Source: Tubiluchus corallicola (Eukaryota; Animalia; Priapulida). Taken from it: DNA of 64,000 nucleotides. Positions 1-13,855 of this stretch are shown here, one piece after another; the first letter of the stretch is position 1; each line of letters begins with the position of its first letter. A program made the position numbers and the translations under genes. Below the pieces are notes generated by a model, which saw only the letters and a list, made by a program, of their open reading frames with translations, ran no database searches and was not told where the DNA came from. Where the stretch lies: contig JAQGDQ010000052.1 of assembly GCA_030141605.1 (NCBI GenBank), positions 372,001-436,000 on the forward strand, read 5' to 3'.

Positions 1-1499
1 TGACACAATGACCACTCGATCAATAGATGACGAATGATGACTGAGTAAGCAAACAAGTAGGCAAGAAAAACACATAAAGATAAAAAATTAACAGGCGATG
101 TATAATTTTCTTTGCAATGGCAAATTATACGCCTTAGCTTATTTTTGTATTGTACAGTTATTCCTTATATTGTACGAGAACAGTATAACCTGCAGAGCCA
201 TAACTTCACTGAGGCAGTTCATCTTGAGACTAACCTCTAACTTAGATGATGATATAAGTCATAAACGTAGCGATTTTATATACAGAGCTAATAATGTACC
301 TAACAATTTTTCATTTGCAACAGTAATATGAAAATAAAAGTATTTATGACCTATTGTTACGCCTTCTACGTTAGCCAAATTTGGAAACTTGATAATCCAA
401 CATTAGTGATATTAACACAATCTGGACGTAAATTATGGAAGCTGCGAAATAAAACTGACAGGTTCATTTACCACATACACCAGCGAAATTTCTTGCCAAA
501 GTAAGCAATTTGAAATGCATTTTGAATTGGTGAAATTTTGTGTAACTTGTATGAACACACACAATACGTTAATTAGTTATTTTGCTAAGCAAGCTGAATA
601 TTTAACAAAATCTGTCTTAGGTTATAATCTACACTTTAAGTTAAAATATAATTTACTTAACGTTGCTTAAGTTTAAATATAACAATAACTACTGCATTAA
701 TTTCAGTAACGAAAATGAAGCGCGAAAAATTAAAAACAGTTTTGTGACTAGCAGTTTTCATCTCACGTCTGAGGAAGAAATATTTTGTTCAGTGGTAAAA
801 GATACCATAAGCTAGTGAATGCAATAATATTTTTTTTAGAAAAGTGTAACTTAAATGAAATTAGAAATTGGCTCTGCTTTAATCAATTTTTCACGTGTGT
901 ATTCCATTTGTATAACATATATAAATATTGCATGATCGGTATGTGGTTATTTATGACATGTGTCATTGTAATATTCTTCTTAAAATGATGGATTTTTGGG
1001 TAAATGCTGTGCATGAACGATTCTGCCTGAAAAAGTCAAAAGTTAAAGTTTTCAAAGCGGTGCAAATTAGACATGTTGAATTAGGCATTTATTTATTGCA
1101 CGTGCGCATAACAAGATGTTGAAGGCTTTGCATTGGCCATGTGACATGTCACATTGTTTGACGGTTTACAATTTCAGAACCAAACACAGTATGTCATTTT
1201 TTACATATGCTACAATGCGAAAACGGAATGGAATCGACACAATATACATAAGACTACTACATATGTATGAATATGATTCATAAACTTCTATTGGCAATGC
1301 CATATTAGCATTGACAACTGGCTACGCTAGTCCGGTCAAAATAAGGTACGGCCCGCACAAAAATAGCGTAAAACTGAATTTTTCCATAGACATCTAGAAA
1401 GTCGTCCAGAATAACATTTTTATTCAAAATCTCTTGGAATCCACGCTGGGTAAAAGTTATATAGGCTTAAATTCAAAATAGACACCAATGATGATGCTC

Positions 1500-4150
1500 T
1501 AAAGTCAAAATAGCTCGTCTATGAGATGTGTACTAAAAACGTTAGTCTAAGGATAAAAAAGGCTTGCTAATCGCAACAGGGCCAGAAGAAATAAATTAAA
1601 TGTAAAACCCAAAAAATCTAATAAGCCTTGGTTCAACAAAGAGTGTGCTGCTACCCTTATAAAATGGCAAAAAATTAAATAGGGAATTTTCAAAAAACCC
1701 GTATGATAGAAGCCTGAGAAATGAACTGTTCATGAAACAAAAACAGTTCAAAAAAATTCAACGGGCAGCCTATCGTCTACATAGAGCAAAAATTGTAAAG
1801 CATTTTAAAAAAAACTATTGAAAATAAAAACAGAATAACAAGTAGAATGAAGTGTTGTGACTCGCCCATTGACTCTAAAGAGTGGGTTCGGTATTTCAGT
1901 GAGCTCATGAATAAATCTAATTTACAAACCAATTCTGCCGGATTAGAGATAGACAGAGCCAGTAGAGAGAGCATTAAGCACTTTACTGTTTACTTTCCTA
2001 CAATTAGATTTTAGGATCACCAAGAATGAAATATACAGGTGTGTTAAAAAACTGAAAAACAGGAAAGTGTGTAATACCGCAGGTGTTACAAATGAGATGA
2101 TTAAGTATTCTGTTTCTCATTTATCTATGAGCTTGTGTAGGCTTTTTAACTTTTCATACACATATGGTATCTATCCCGCTCCATGATCTGAAAGTTTGAT
2201 CGTACCTATACACAAATGTGGTTCCCTAGAGGTGCCAAGTAATTACAGAGGAATAGCTGTTTCGAGTTGTTTAAGCAAATTGTTCACAACAATATTAAAT
2301 GACCGTCTTCAAAGTTATTTGGAAAGCTATAAAATGACTACAAATTGCAAATAGGCCTTAGAAAGGGCTACCGTTACACTGATCACATTTTTCGCTTAAG
2401 ACTATTGTTGATAAATTTTTAAAAAACGGTAAATCTCTGTATACTCGTCATATTGATATGCAAAAAGCCTTTGATACTGTATGGCGTAATGCCCTTTATG
2501 TGGATCTGATTAGAATGAGAATAACTAACAAGTTGCTAATCATTATCCACAATGTGTATTCTAAATCTACGGTAGAATTAAAGCAGGGATGTGTCTTAAG
2601 TGCTGCCTTGTTTTCTATTTACGTAAATGACTTGCCTGATATATTTGACTCCGAATGTGATTCTGTCCATATTTATGGCATCAAAACCAACTGTATGATG
2701 TATGCTGATGACATAGTATTGATGTCGGATAGCCAAGCTGGTTTACAGGTATGTTTAGATAAACTTCATTTTGTAGTAAATGGGCATTGAAGGTAAATAT
2801 TGCCAAAACTAAGGTAATGGTTTTTAATAAAGTGGGGAGAAACTTAAGGCACAGAAAGGGTGCAAAAATACAAATACTTGGGAATTTCTGTGCCTCCGCA
2901 TCATTTTTAAAAAGCATCAGTGCGATTAACGATAAAGGCAAAAAAGCCCTGTTTGGCACTGTGAATAAATTCTATAATCATGATCTGGACACTATTTTGG
3001 CTATACATATCTTTAATGCTACTTTTGGACCTATAATCACTTATGGGTCTGAAATATGGGAGGCTTTTGCTTTAAATGTGGAAAAATCATTAAACATAAA
3101 TACTCTTGAAGCTGATTATGATAAGGTAAAAAGCGAGCTTACTGTACTAAACGTACGCTTGGTGGTCATTCTAAAACTAGTAATCTTGCTGTTAGGGCAG
3201 ACCTTGGAGCATAACCAGTTCACATATTTATAATTAAATTAATGGTAAAACTCCCTGAGATAGTTTAGTACATAATGCTTATTTGATACGTAAGGAATTA
3301 GATATGAATGGTAACTATACTTGGGTTACAAGCATTAGGAAAGTATTATGTAAACTTGGCTTTACCCATGTTTGGGAGAACGGATGTACTTTCAGCAAAA
3401 CTAAGCTAATTCATTCAATCGAAAAGAAAATGTGCAGTACAGTAATTATAATACTTATTTTGTAAATGCTATCCATAATGATAGTGCTCGTCCAAATGAC
3501 TCAAATAAATCAAGGACGTATAGACTGTTCAAATCTGAGTATAAACTCGAAAATCATCTTTGATTACTGGTGTTACTAGAGCACATAAGAAAACCTACAC
3601 AAAATTTCGTGTTAGCTCTCATAGATTACAAATTGAAGCTGGTCGATATACCAGACCTAAAACACCTGTTGATATGAGAAAATGTACTTTATGTAAGAAT
3701 GGGAGCAGGGAAGATGAATTTCACTTTAGTATGCGATGCAACGTTTATTGTCAAGAAAGGACTGCGTTTTTAAATCAAACTTCAGATATCTTTCCATAAT
3801 TCTCATTCATGTGCGATACTGATAAATTTATATTTTTAAACAAAAGTGGAGATGTGGAAGTTAAAAAATTGTTGATTAACTATGTGCATAAAATTTCAAC
3901 AATACGTGATTTTAAATTAAGATGTGCGAATTCATTTTGCTAAGATTTAATGTATTCATTCAGCACTGTGATATACGTAGATGTGTTTGTTGTAAAATAC
4001 GGCATATTTTTTAATCAAATACCCTTAAAAACAGCCCTGTATTTGTAAGGACGTGTTCCTGTATGCGTTGTTTTTTTAAGTATGCGATTTATTAATTGTA
4101 TTTGTGTTCATGATTTTTAAAAGAAAGCGTTTATTATTATTACTATTATA
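1500..4150 (+). mobile_element. Decayed, 5'-truncated non-LTR retrotransposon (LINE ORF2/RT pseudogene; RTE-X-like, clade tentative)
   Basis: Collinear ORF2 motifs across frameshifts and stops: KPWFNKEC (1623), NYRGIAVSSCLSKLFTTILNDRL (2241), QKAFDTV (~2461), KQGCVLS..LF (~2581), YADD (~2701), YGSEIW (~3042), and C-terminal SSHRLQIEAGRY..RKCTLC..EDEFHF..C (3560-3799). Ends in a (TTA)n-like tail at ~4130-4150. The 5' boundary is approximate. Confidence 0.93.
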
Positions 4151-4170
4151 TACACTTTTATATCAGCAGG

Positions 4171-4372
4171 TAACACATTTAATTGGCGTTTACGTAGCAT
4201 CCGGATGCGTACACGTTTTGGTGGGTACGGAATAGAAAAAATTCGGGCTATGTTGTTTTCAGTGCACCCGTTTATGCGCGATTCTTTTTCTACAAGCTAT
4301 TCCTATTGATTTTTTCTGCAAGTGGAAACGTATGCGCATCCGGATGCTACCTTAACGCCACTCAATGCGGTC
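4171..4372. mobile_element. MITE-like element with ~45-bp terminal inverted repeats
   Basis: Left arm ggcgtttacgtagcatccggatgcgtacacgttt (4185-4218) is nearly the reverse complement of right arm aaacgtatgcgcatccggatgctaccttaacgcc (4326-4359); non-coding ~110-bp spacer. Confidence 0.75.
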
Positions 4373-4671
4373 ACTTTAATGCTGCGCAACAGCCATTTTG
4401 AATGACAGTAACCATGAATGACCTTGAAACACTATTTTTCCTAACAGGCCATACACGCCACCTAGTACACTTATTTTGACCTTAAAGCAGCTTTGGCGGC
4501 CATTTTGAACTTAACGCCCCATAACTTTCTTTCTGAAGTAAATTCCTTAGGAGATTATGAATAATATGTGTTATTCTAGACGAGTTTCTGAGTATCTGTG
4601 CAAACTTCAGCTTTACACTACTTTTGACCGGATCACATGGTTTTTTTAGTGTGTGTGTGTGGGTGGGGGGG

Positions 4672-5158
4672 CTAATCTGTCTGGACTATGTATCTCTCTG
4701 CCGAAAACTCTCTGAGCATGGTCCTTCTTCTTCGTTTTTTCGCAAAACTTATACCTCTCATTTCTAGAGAATTGGAATGTACCGGGGACGTTGTTAGTAA
4801 TGGATGGAAAGCCCGTTCAACGGTGGGTGTCACAAGAGTATTTAGAATTCGCCACAGGGGCACGATTTTCCGCAACAAGCGTTTTCCCAGACACAACGTA
4901 TTGACTTTTTTGAAATTTGATCTAACACCGTGTACAAAACGTCGCAGCAGCGCCTGCTGGGGGTCTTGGAGGGCAATTTATATCTCTTTGGAAAAAAGTT
5001 TAACTGGGCGATACCGGTCTCTTTTGTGGATGCCTCCAGAACGTACTGATTGGAGGTTCCATTTCGAGAGGATCTCGTTTGTAAGCTAAAAGACGCATTG
5101 CAATGTTCTGACGTCACCGTAGTCTGCCTATAACTTTCCTCTGACAAAATCTGCTAGC
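4672..5158. mobile_element. Probable non-autonomous Helitron/Helentron-like (HINE/DINE-like) element
   Basis: Discrete GC-richer block with short subterminal inverted motifs (gactat ~4684 / gtagtc ~5119), a short (ctt)n tract and a CTAG terminus at 5154-5157. The overlapping ORFs have no recognisable domain. Family assignment is inference. Confidence 0.35.
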
Positions 5159-5900
5159 TTAATGGTAATCCAAATGCAAGGATAACAAATGCACACTACT
5201 AGGAGGTTCAACCTACGAGTTATTGATGAAAAGTGTATTTAGAGCAAAGTATTTTGCAGGGTCTTGGCTAATTTATATAATTATTAGTAATTGCATTACA
5301 ACACTGTGATAACAAACAAGTATACATCGTAAATGTTAATCGAAATTAAAAGATGTTTTGGCGAGTTTTGTTTTTCTCTTTATTCAATACTCAGTAACAT
5401 TAGTAAACCTACTTGCTAAGTTCAAAAGACTGCAAGAACATAAATCAGTGCTTAAAACAAGGTTGGTTCATTCCATTAGAAACTGCTTCTGCGGGAAAAT
5501 TTTGAGTAATTTCTTCAGGAATTCATCGCAAAACCAATTAACGCAGATCTCCTATAATTAGCCATTTACTACTAGAAATGGCTGGGTAAATGATGAAAGA
5601 TGTCGGATAATTGTCGACACAAATTTCAATTACAATTCCAGTAAAATAGCTGAATAAAACAGTAAAAACTTGCAGTTAAAATTGTAATTTTGTTTCTATC
5701 GCTTCGGACGCAGCGGTTTAGGGCTATAAAATTATTGCACACGATTTTAAAAATGTCGACGCTGCGTTAATTAATTTCTTCGCAGTTGAATTACTCACGT
5801 AGTTGGTGAGGCGTAAACCTCTTGTTTGATGTAAGCTTACTCCACTCGCGGCAGAATTCAGTGTAACTGATTACTTTATGAGGAGAAAAAGAGGTGGAAA

Positions 5901-6243
<343 letters not shown>

Positions 6244-7519
6244 TTTGTATAATTGCAAGGTAACGTATAACAACGAGGTTTACGAATCGTTCTAACAGCA
6301 AAGGAATTGATTCGCGCAAAATAATTCTATTTCTTCACTAACTTTTTCATCGGTTTCACGTTGTAAATATAAAATAGGGGGAATACTTTGAAGTAAACCA
6401 AATAATTTTCTCCTCGTACTGATTTGATATTCAAGTTTTGCTAAAGGCTGCAACACCAGTAGATCAACATCCATTTTAGAAACTGGCCTAATTTAGCATC
6501 ACAAGTTACGACAGAAAACTGCAAAATATTCTTCCATGCTTATTTAAGCGTTTGTATTCCCCCCAACAACTTGAAAACTGAGGTAATATCTGTTTACAGT
6601 GAAGCTGGCGGCAAGCTTTTTATCTCGGTAATAAAGATGAAACGACGCTATAGCATAAGACGATATCGTGACAGATGTAACTATGTTAACAAATATAACA
6701 GTAGTATTTTTATTTATAGACATTTAAGTTGCAGCTATCCAAAGTTCTAAATTGTGAAGTGTTGGCAACTGACGTGAAATCAAAATTTAAATCAGGAATC
6801 AGTGGTACGAGCACTTTTTTTCTGTTCTAGCTAATAGCTTGTTCACCTATGTTTGGGCTACTATTCCTTCACCGCAGGGGTAAGAAACAATTATGCCGCT
6901 CCTTTTTTACTCTGACGTAAAATATGTTTAAATTGAACACAGCTACAAAAACTTTGCTTCATAAATGTCCAAAAACGAGACGCCAAATTAAAAAACAACG
7001 GTGACGAAAGTATTCATAGCTGTCTGACATGATATTCATAAACCCCGAAAATGTTTTTATAACCCTACTATGCTACTAGTATACCAATTGTGTCTTGCAA
7101 AGAAAATTAGATTCACATAGGAGTTCCTTTAACACTGCTGCTGCTTCGACATATGAGTGACGAGTGACAAGTGAGATATGAGTGACAAGTCGTATCCTAA
7201 GTCTCGTTTTTCTCTAAGATTTATTGGTTCTTTATTAGCAGCAGCAAGAGAAGCCCGCGAAGAAGAGCTGATCTCACGTACTACATTCGGAAAAGACCTA
7301 GACTGTAACCGCTACCTTCGTTTTTATGTTACCATACAATTTTAGTCTGTCTCACAGAGGTTCCGTAAAAACAGTCAGCGGCTTGAAATACATACAGGAT
7401 GACAAATAGTGCGGAAAAACAAGCGTCAGTCTTTAATTGATATTCATGCTCAAAATCTCTCTATTTTTCTTTTGTTAAGATTCTGCATTACAGCTGTTTT
7501 TATTATTCTATCATTTTAT

Positions 7520-8025
7520 TATTATATATGCCTTTTTGTTTCTCCAAAAACTCGCACACGCACAAGGCTAGGTTCGGGAAACTCACACGGCACACTCCCT
7601 AGGTAGGGGATTTATCCCGTTTACACGTGGCCCGTCACACCGGGTCAAAGGTCACGGAGCGAGCGGGGCTTATTGTTTTTTCGTTGACCTGGATCTCCTC
7701 CTACAGTTTTTCTGAGTTAGGGGCACAATTTTTGGTATGTTGCTAGGCGGGGTCGAATCGATGCGCAAGGCTGAATAAGACCCATTTGCGCACGGGAATT
7801 TTTCGGTAGGGGCAAAATGCAAAATGGATGGGGTCGGGGACATCAATGTTTCCAATGTCGAGTAACAGTAACGTGTAGTATGTCAAATGAAAGGTCTTGA
7901 TGAAACAAATCGAAAAGGGATGAGTTACGCCCACATTGGTTGACCTCTGCCCTCGCTTGGGGGCAAAAACCGAAATTGAAAGTCGGGGAGACAAATGCTT
8001 TCAGTGTCAAGCACCAGCAACTTGT
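7520..8025. mobile_element. Probable Helentron-associated non-autonomous element (HINE/Pearl-like)
   Basis: GC-richer discrete block with imperfect subterminal inverted repeats tttgtttctcc (~7535) / ggggagacaaa (~7986), followed by a short terminal segment ending cttgt. Internal aaaggtca/tgacct motifs are typical of such elements. Confidence 0.4.
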
Positions 8026-9339
8026 AGTATATAAAATGAAAAGTATGAGTGGTATCCACACTGGTTGACGCTTGACACCGAGGTCACAAGTTAAAATGAC
8101 AATTTCCAATTTTAGTATCTTGCAGTACATCAAATGAAAAGTATTGATGATGCGAATGACCCACTAGAGGACAAAAACTGAAATTGCAGGTCAGCGATGC
8201 TATACAAAAGCGATGCAATACACACCCGCATTGGTTGATTGTTGACCCACATATAACCAATCTTATAGTGGCAAGTTCTGATTTCACCGAAACTGTTAAT
8301 GGCAAGCACAACCGTGCTCGTGTACGTATTGTTAACTATTTTGAAAACTTCTTTATTTGTAAATACGCAAAAAGAGCTGCCACTTAAAACATCTCCTGCC
8401 ACAGAAGCAGAATCTTACCACAGTTTTTTTACACAGTTAAAAATGTTTACTATTTATTTTGCTTTAGAAGAACTTTTGTAGGTGATAATGAGTCCCTGTT
8501 GTGTCAAAGGAATAATTTTTCACCGAGCCTTCCCTAGGGCGTAGCTAATATCTTTCTTTATCACAGGCAAGACTTTTTTCACCTGACTAACTCTGTGTGT
8601 AAGCGACTGCTTGACATGATGTAATATGAAGCATGTGAAAATTACATGCGTCAAATACATAAAAAGGCCAAATTATTTCCAGAAAACTGACACTCAGTGC
8701 AATTATTTTTAAGTTGACGTGGTTCTAGTGTTTGGCTTCTTTTTAAACATGTTATGTACGCACTTCAGGACGAGCGCTGTTTACATATTTTTCAGCAATC
8801 TGGTTGCGTCTGTTGACGGTTTGTGGCTCCCTGGCAGTCGACCATGTTTACGAGCGCCATGTCAGTAGTAACATTATCTATTCGCTGGACCGTGAAGGGG
8901 AGAAATGGTTCAGTGTTCATGCTAATTAAATCACAGAACATATAAGCGAGTATCAGGGGTGAAACCTGGCACCGTTTTATTACTCACACTTCCAACAATA
9001 ACTTAACAGTCACACTAGAAGGGATACGCCTAATTATTCTGACAACGTGTGCGGGGGCGGGAATGTTTACGTAGAAATCATGTGTAAAAGTAGTAACGTT
9101 TTCATGATATAAGAAACATAAATATACTTTTATCTATATAGCTGACGTATTTACGCTCGCAGTTCGCAACTCTATGTTTACACATCAATTTTTGCAATAC
9201 GGATCGTTTTGAGGATTCTATGCTTAAAACACTCAGTATGGACAACAGCGAACAACCATTCATAACGGCAAAGTAGCAGTACGTGAAATGTACGCGCATT
9301 ATTGATTTGGATTAGGCGATAGTCGAAGCAACAACAACA

Positions 9340-9598
9340 ACAACAGTAATTATAATAATAATAATAATCTTTGTTTGGATAAAAAAATTAACATACGCTC
9401 AGAGAGCTTTATGCCGAGTGTAAATAGGCAATTATACAACTACATAACAGAAACAATAATTACCCCACGTTTACCCTAAATACCATCCCCAGGCAGGGCA
9501 ACAGCACGTGTTATTTTCTAAAGTCTTTCGTATTACTCGGCCGCGGTGTCGGGCTCACGACCTCCCGGGCGGAACCATTTGACTATACCGTCCGGTCA
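9340..9598 (-). mobile_element. tRNA-derived SINE, MetaSINE-like (degenerate copy)
   Basis: Aligns along its whole length with the copy at 63580-63834 (shared ttaccctaaatacca, caggcagggcaacagca, ctcacgacctccc, acaactacataacaga). The A/B-box head is degenerate. Confidence 0.8.
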
Positions 9599-9849
9599 AG
9601 TGAGTGCTGATGCAAGTGGTAGGGAAGAAACTTAAGAAGTGGTAATTTGCTGGAAGAAATTAACAGGTGTTAAAATGTAATTCACAAATGGAATCGAATG
9701 TCTCTCATTAACAGAACGACGACTACATCGCAGTATGCAGCACTTTCTATTAGGCATAATTATATTGTAAACAGTAATCAATAAATTCATAATTGAAGAT
9801 GTTGCTACCTATAAATTGAAAAATTCCGGAAAATTAAATTTGCTGTCGG

Positions 9850-10497
9850 TTTTAGTTTGCGGTAGCGGGCTCTACCCAAATCGCTACTTTTCTCATTGTT
9901 GTTCTTTTTGTTCTTGCTGGGGGATGACCTTTTTCAAAAAAAGCCTAAGGCTACGTGATTCCACAATGGATCGTTATGAAACTTTACAGTGATGTACAAA
10001 ACGAACTAACAGAGTGAGCTGTTCAATCTGTCATTTTGAATTCAAGGTGGCGGCCATAACCTTTTTGGTAAAAGCCTAAGGCTCTGCTAGTTCACAACGG
10101 ATCGTCATGAAGCTTTGTGGAAATATACTAGAACAAATTCCTCGTTGACTGAAGAGTAAATTTTTGATCCGCTATTTTAAATTTAAGACGCATCTGTAAC
10201 ATCATATTCGGAAAACCTAAGGCTCCACTAATTTGTGACAACTCGTTCTGAAACCTGTACCAGAACGAATTCGAAGGAGTTAAGTATTTTGCGTCGCGTG
10301 AAAGAAAGGCATTTTTGATCTGCCATCTTGCATTCAAGACATTGACATCAATATCATTTTCTAAAAAACTAAAACTTGTACCTAAATCTGCGAATGAACA
10401 AATTTTGCATCTATTGACGGTGTCAGACTTTTGATCATCAATCTCCAACCTAGGACCTCGGCCAATGGAATCGAGTCGAAATTGTTCTAACCACTAG
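9850..10497 (+). mobile_element. HINE-like element with internal ~130-140-bp tandem core repeats
   Basis: 5' hairpin (gtagcg..cgctac), a short ttg/ttc tract, then diverged repeats anchored by cctaaggct (~9944, ~10075, 10216) with shared caatggatcgttatgaa and cattttgaattcaag.tggcggc motifs. The same core recurs at 45705-45990. Confidence 0.55.
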
Positions 10498-11906
10498 AGT
10501 GATAAGAAAATGCACTGAAGGCAGTCTCTTGTGATCATGATGGATCTAGCTTTAGTTGCAAGGAACGTTGTGCTTTAACATAGACATACTTACTTTAAAT
10601 ACAGTTATGATATTACCTTACCTTCGACCGACTTAAGTTTCGAAAATTAAATAATATTAAGTGCATTTTGTTATTAATTGATTGTTAGTGAAGTTTAGCC
10701 TCGGGAAACCATTTAAGAATTTGTATGTGCTGAATATCTTTAAGCAACTAATTATAGTGCCAAATTACTACTTTCGACTTTATTTCACAAATAAATGAAA
10801 TCTTCAGTTCTTGGTAAAATGAGCATACCGTAATCGCTGCCGTTCTGATACTGTCTAGATTGCTGAATTTGAAAAATGCTTTTATATGAGATTAACAAGG
10901 TCTAATAATAATTTTTGTAAGCAGTTACATCAGCTTGGTGACCAAAAAAACTTGTCGAAATATCCATCTTAAGTTATTTTTTGTTAAAAAGGCCGTGCAT
11001 ACTCGAAAAAAGACAAAAAACATATTAGCAATTTTGTTATCATAATTTTATGGCGTCAATACACTTATTTTTGCAACTGAACAGTTTGAACAGTTTTAAA
11101 ATTAGAAAATCAAAGACGCAATAGTGCATTTCAGTAATGGCTGCCTTACAGAATTACATCATTTAACAGAGCCATCATATCTTATATTAAAACGATGAGT
11201 TGATCCTCCAAATATCAACTTTTTCGAAACGTATTTACAATTCAACCGAAATTAAATTGACACTCTATTGGCGTGTGAGCATCTTTTACTGTTTAACTAT
11301 GTTAGGTCTCCAAATGTGATAACACAACATTAAATTAAACACAGCTTTTTAGATAAAAATAGTCATTGAATTTTTTATTTACCGTTAGCTTGGCTGCTAA
11401 CAATCGCATAGTCGAACACGTACACATTCAATTAAATTACAACTAATGCACTTCCGCACAGTCCAAACCTCAGCCATACTTTGGTCTAAGCTCTACACAT
11501 GTACGTAATAAGATAAGTTCAGAGAACCAGTCACTTGACCAATGTGCACAGCAAGTTTCTGAACAAACTTTCGATTTATTCCGCTGATGTTCAGTTTAGC
11601 AAATGTTTAGAAACCAGAGAAGCCAACTTTATACACTGTCTCAGTAATGGAGATCCAATGCTTTATGGGCAGAAGTGTTTTAATGTACCTATGACAATTT
11701 ATATAAACATATTTTTAGCCGGAGGCCGTCACTTGTAGTAATTACGATATAGTTTGTCGTGTAAACAAAGTTTGCCCAGCGATGAGATGCTAATGCTTTA
11801 CTTTGATTTCGACCTCAGAACGCAAATATTGGCCGTATAGAATGGGCGGAGGGCTTGATTACCTTGCTACTGTAAACTTACAAACTGATGTTCTGCATCT
11901 GTACAT

Positions 11907-11917
11907 GAGAGAGAGAG

Positions 11918-11993
<76 letters not shown>

Positions 11994-12013
11994 TATCAGA
12001 GAGAGAGAGAGAG

Positions 12014-12060
<47 letters not shown>

Positions 12061-12097
12061 GAGAGAGGGGGAGAGAGAAAGAGACAAAGAGAAAGAG
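11907..12097. repeat. Interrupted (GA)n microsatellite
   Basis: Directly visible; explains the RE-rich ORF 11803-12186. Confidence 0.95.
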
Positions 12098-13454
12098 TTC
12101 TGATTAAATATCATTCCATCAGCCGCTTACAAAAGTGCTCTCTTTTAATCAAACTTACACCACATGCTTATGTTAACAAATTTTAGAAATTAAAATGTCA
12201 AAGAGTAAAAAATCACTAAAGTGCTAATTTTCAAGTTGATATCTAATCATAAACACTGTATTGTGTAGTTAAGCGCAGCCTAAGCAGAACGTTAAAACAC
12301 TAATAACACAGCGGTAAGCACCAAGTGTAGCATGAATTTACGTTTTGCACGTAAAACAACTAATGTGTGTTGAGTGGTATATTTGTTACTGAGCATCAAA
12401 TGAGGCTAGTTTGTTACTATGTGAAATGATATTGTACCATGCTTAGAGCAAATGCATATTATCTTGCAATTGAGAATTCGAAATGTTTTAATTTCGTCAT
12501 ATTTAATAAGCCATATTCACATCCTTTACTCTAGCTGCTCTGCCTAATACACCACAAAATGTTTGTCAAGATTTTGTAATAAAAATTCAGTAGAGTTTTA
12601 ATAAAAACTAAGTGAAAATTATCGCTTAGTTATTCGTTTTCGTTTTTCGGTTTTCTGTTTTACATGTTAAGAAACCAAAAAAGTTCTTCCATTTACTGAT
12701 TTTTGTGTTTTTGATTTTCTCTTTCACTTGAAGATAAATGACGTCACGCACTAAATCACAAAGATTACGTTAATTTAATATCCGATGTGAAAAAGTTATT
12801 AAATTTATATTGCACTGTTATCAATTACATGATGAAATATGTCTCGGTCTTGGTGGACAAGTTGATACTTCTAATGTATGCGAGTACGTGTAATGCCTAC
12901 CACGTAAAGCGCGTTATCAAGAGGCTCTTTAATTTACCACAAATCCTTTTTTGTTTGGTTTACAGTCTGTATTATACACCTCGGATGTGACAGCAACGAG
13001 TTTCTTACAAGAGTAGAGCCTTTTGTTGCAAAAACACCTTCAGAAAACCCTTTAGTTTTACAGTGCTGTTAAAACTACGCATTACATCATTTTTGTCTTG
13101 CGTCTGTCGTAACTTTTAATACAACCAGCACAAAAACACTTATCAACAAATTGTGCTGCTTTGGGTTTTCCTTTTTAAGACATACACGTTTCCAAATTCT
13201 TTGTTATTAAATAAAAATAAATGTTTTCGTTAATCGAAAGGCCTATCAGAAACTGTTGCGGTTATAATTACGAAGTATGTTAGTTCTAGAGTCCGAAGTA
13301 ACTGTCCGCAGTAATAATACAATATTCACCTTTAAAATTAACAGAGAGATATTCATGTTTATATTCACTTTTCAAAATAAAACCTAATCTTGGATTACAT
13401 GAAGCAGGTAGGTTTTATAGTTACAAAATCAATGAAATTCAAAACAGCAATTTC

Positions 13455-13855
13455 ACTTACATGAAATTGCATAATAATTCCTCACGCTGGAGCGTTTCCG
13501 AAATCAATCAGCATTTCAACTCACGCCCATCGAAAACGACGCTACGAAAATAAGTGACAGAACTGAACTGGCTTATTTATAGCATATCTGAACTAGCGTG
13601 CAGGTTGTTAGTTGAACATCAGCTAAAGCCAGTTATCTTGTTGCAAGACTTGCACACTCGAGTGCCAAAGTTCAAAACAGTGACAAGAAGCACTCAAAAC
13701 AGCATCAGCAACGTCAACATCAACAACACTACCCAGGAGCAGCGACACCTTTATATGCTTCTGCTGAAAAAGAACAGACACCAGTGGTTTCAAACCTATC
13801 TGGTGCCGGAAAGTTATTTCTCCTCAACCACGTGATCTAATCACATGTGACTTAG
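13455..13855 (-). promoter_or_regulatory. Candidate Pol II promoter and first exon of a leftward transcript
   Basis: Read on the minus strand: paired E-boxes (13829-13851), TATAAAG (13755-13749), TATAAAT (13581-13575) with Inr-like tcactt/ttattt ~27-30 nt downstream, then the donor CAT|GTAAGT at 13461/13460. Motif evidence only. Confidence 0.25.
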
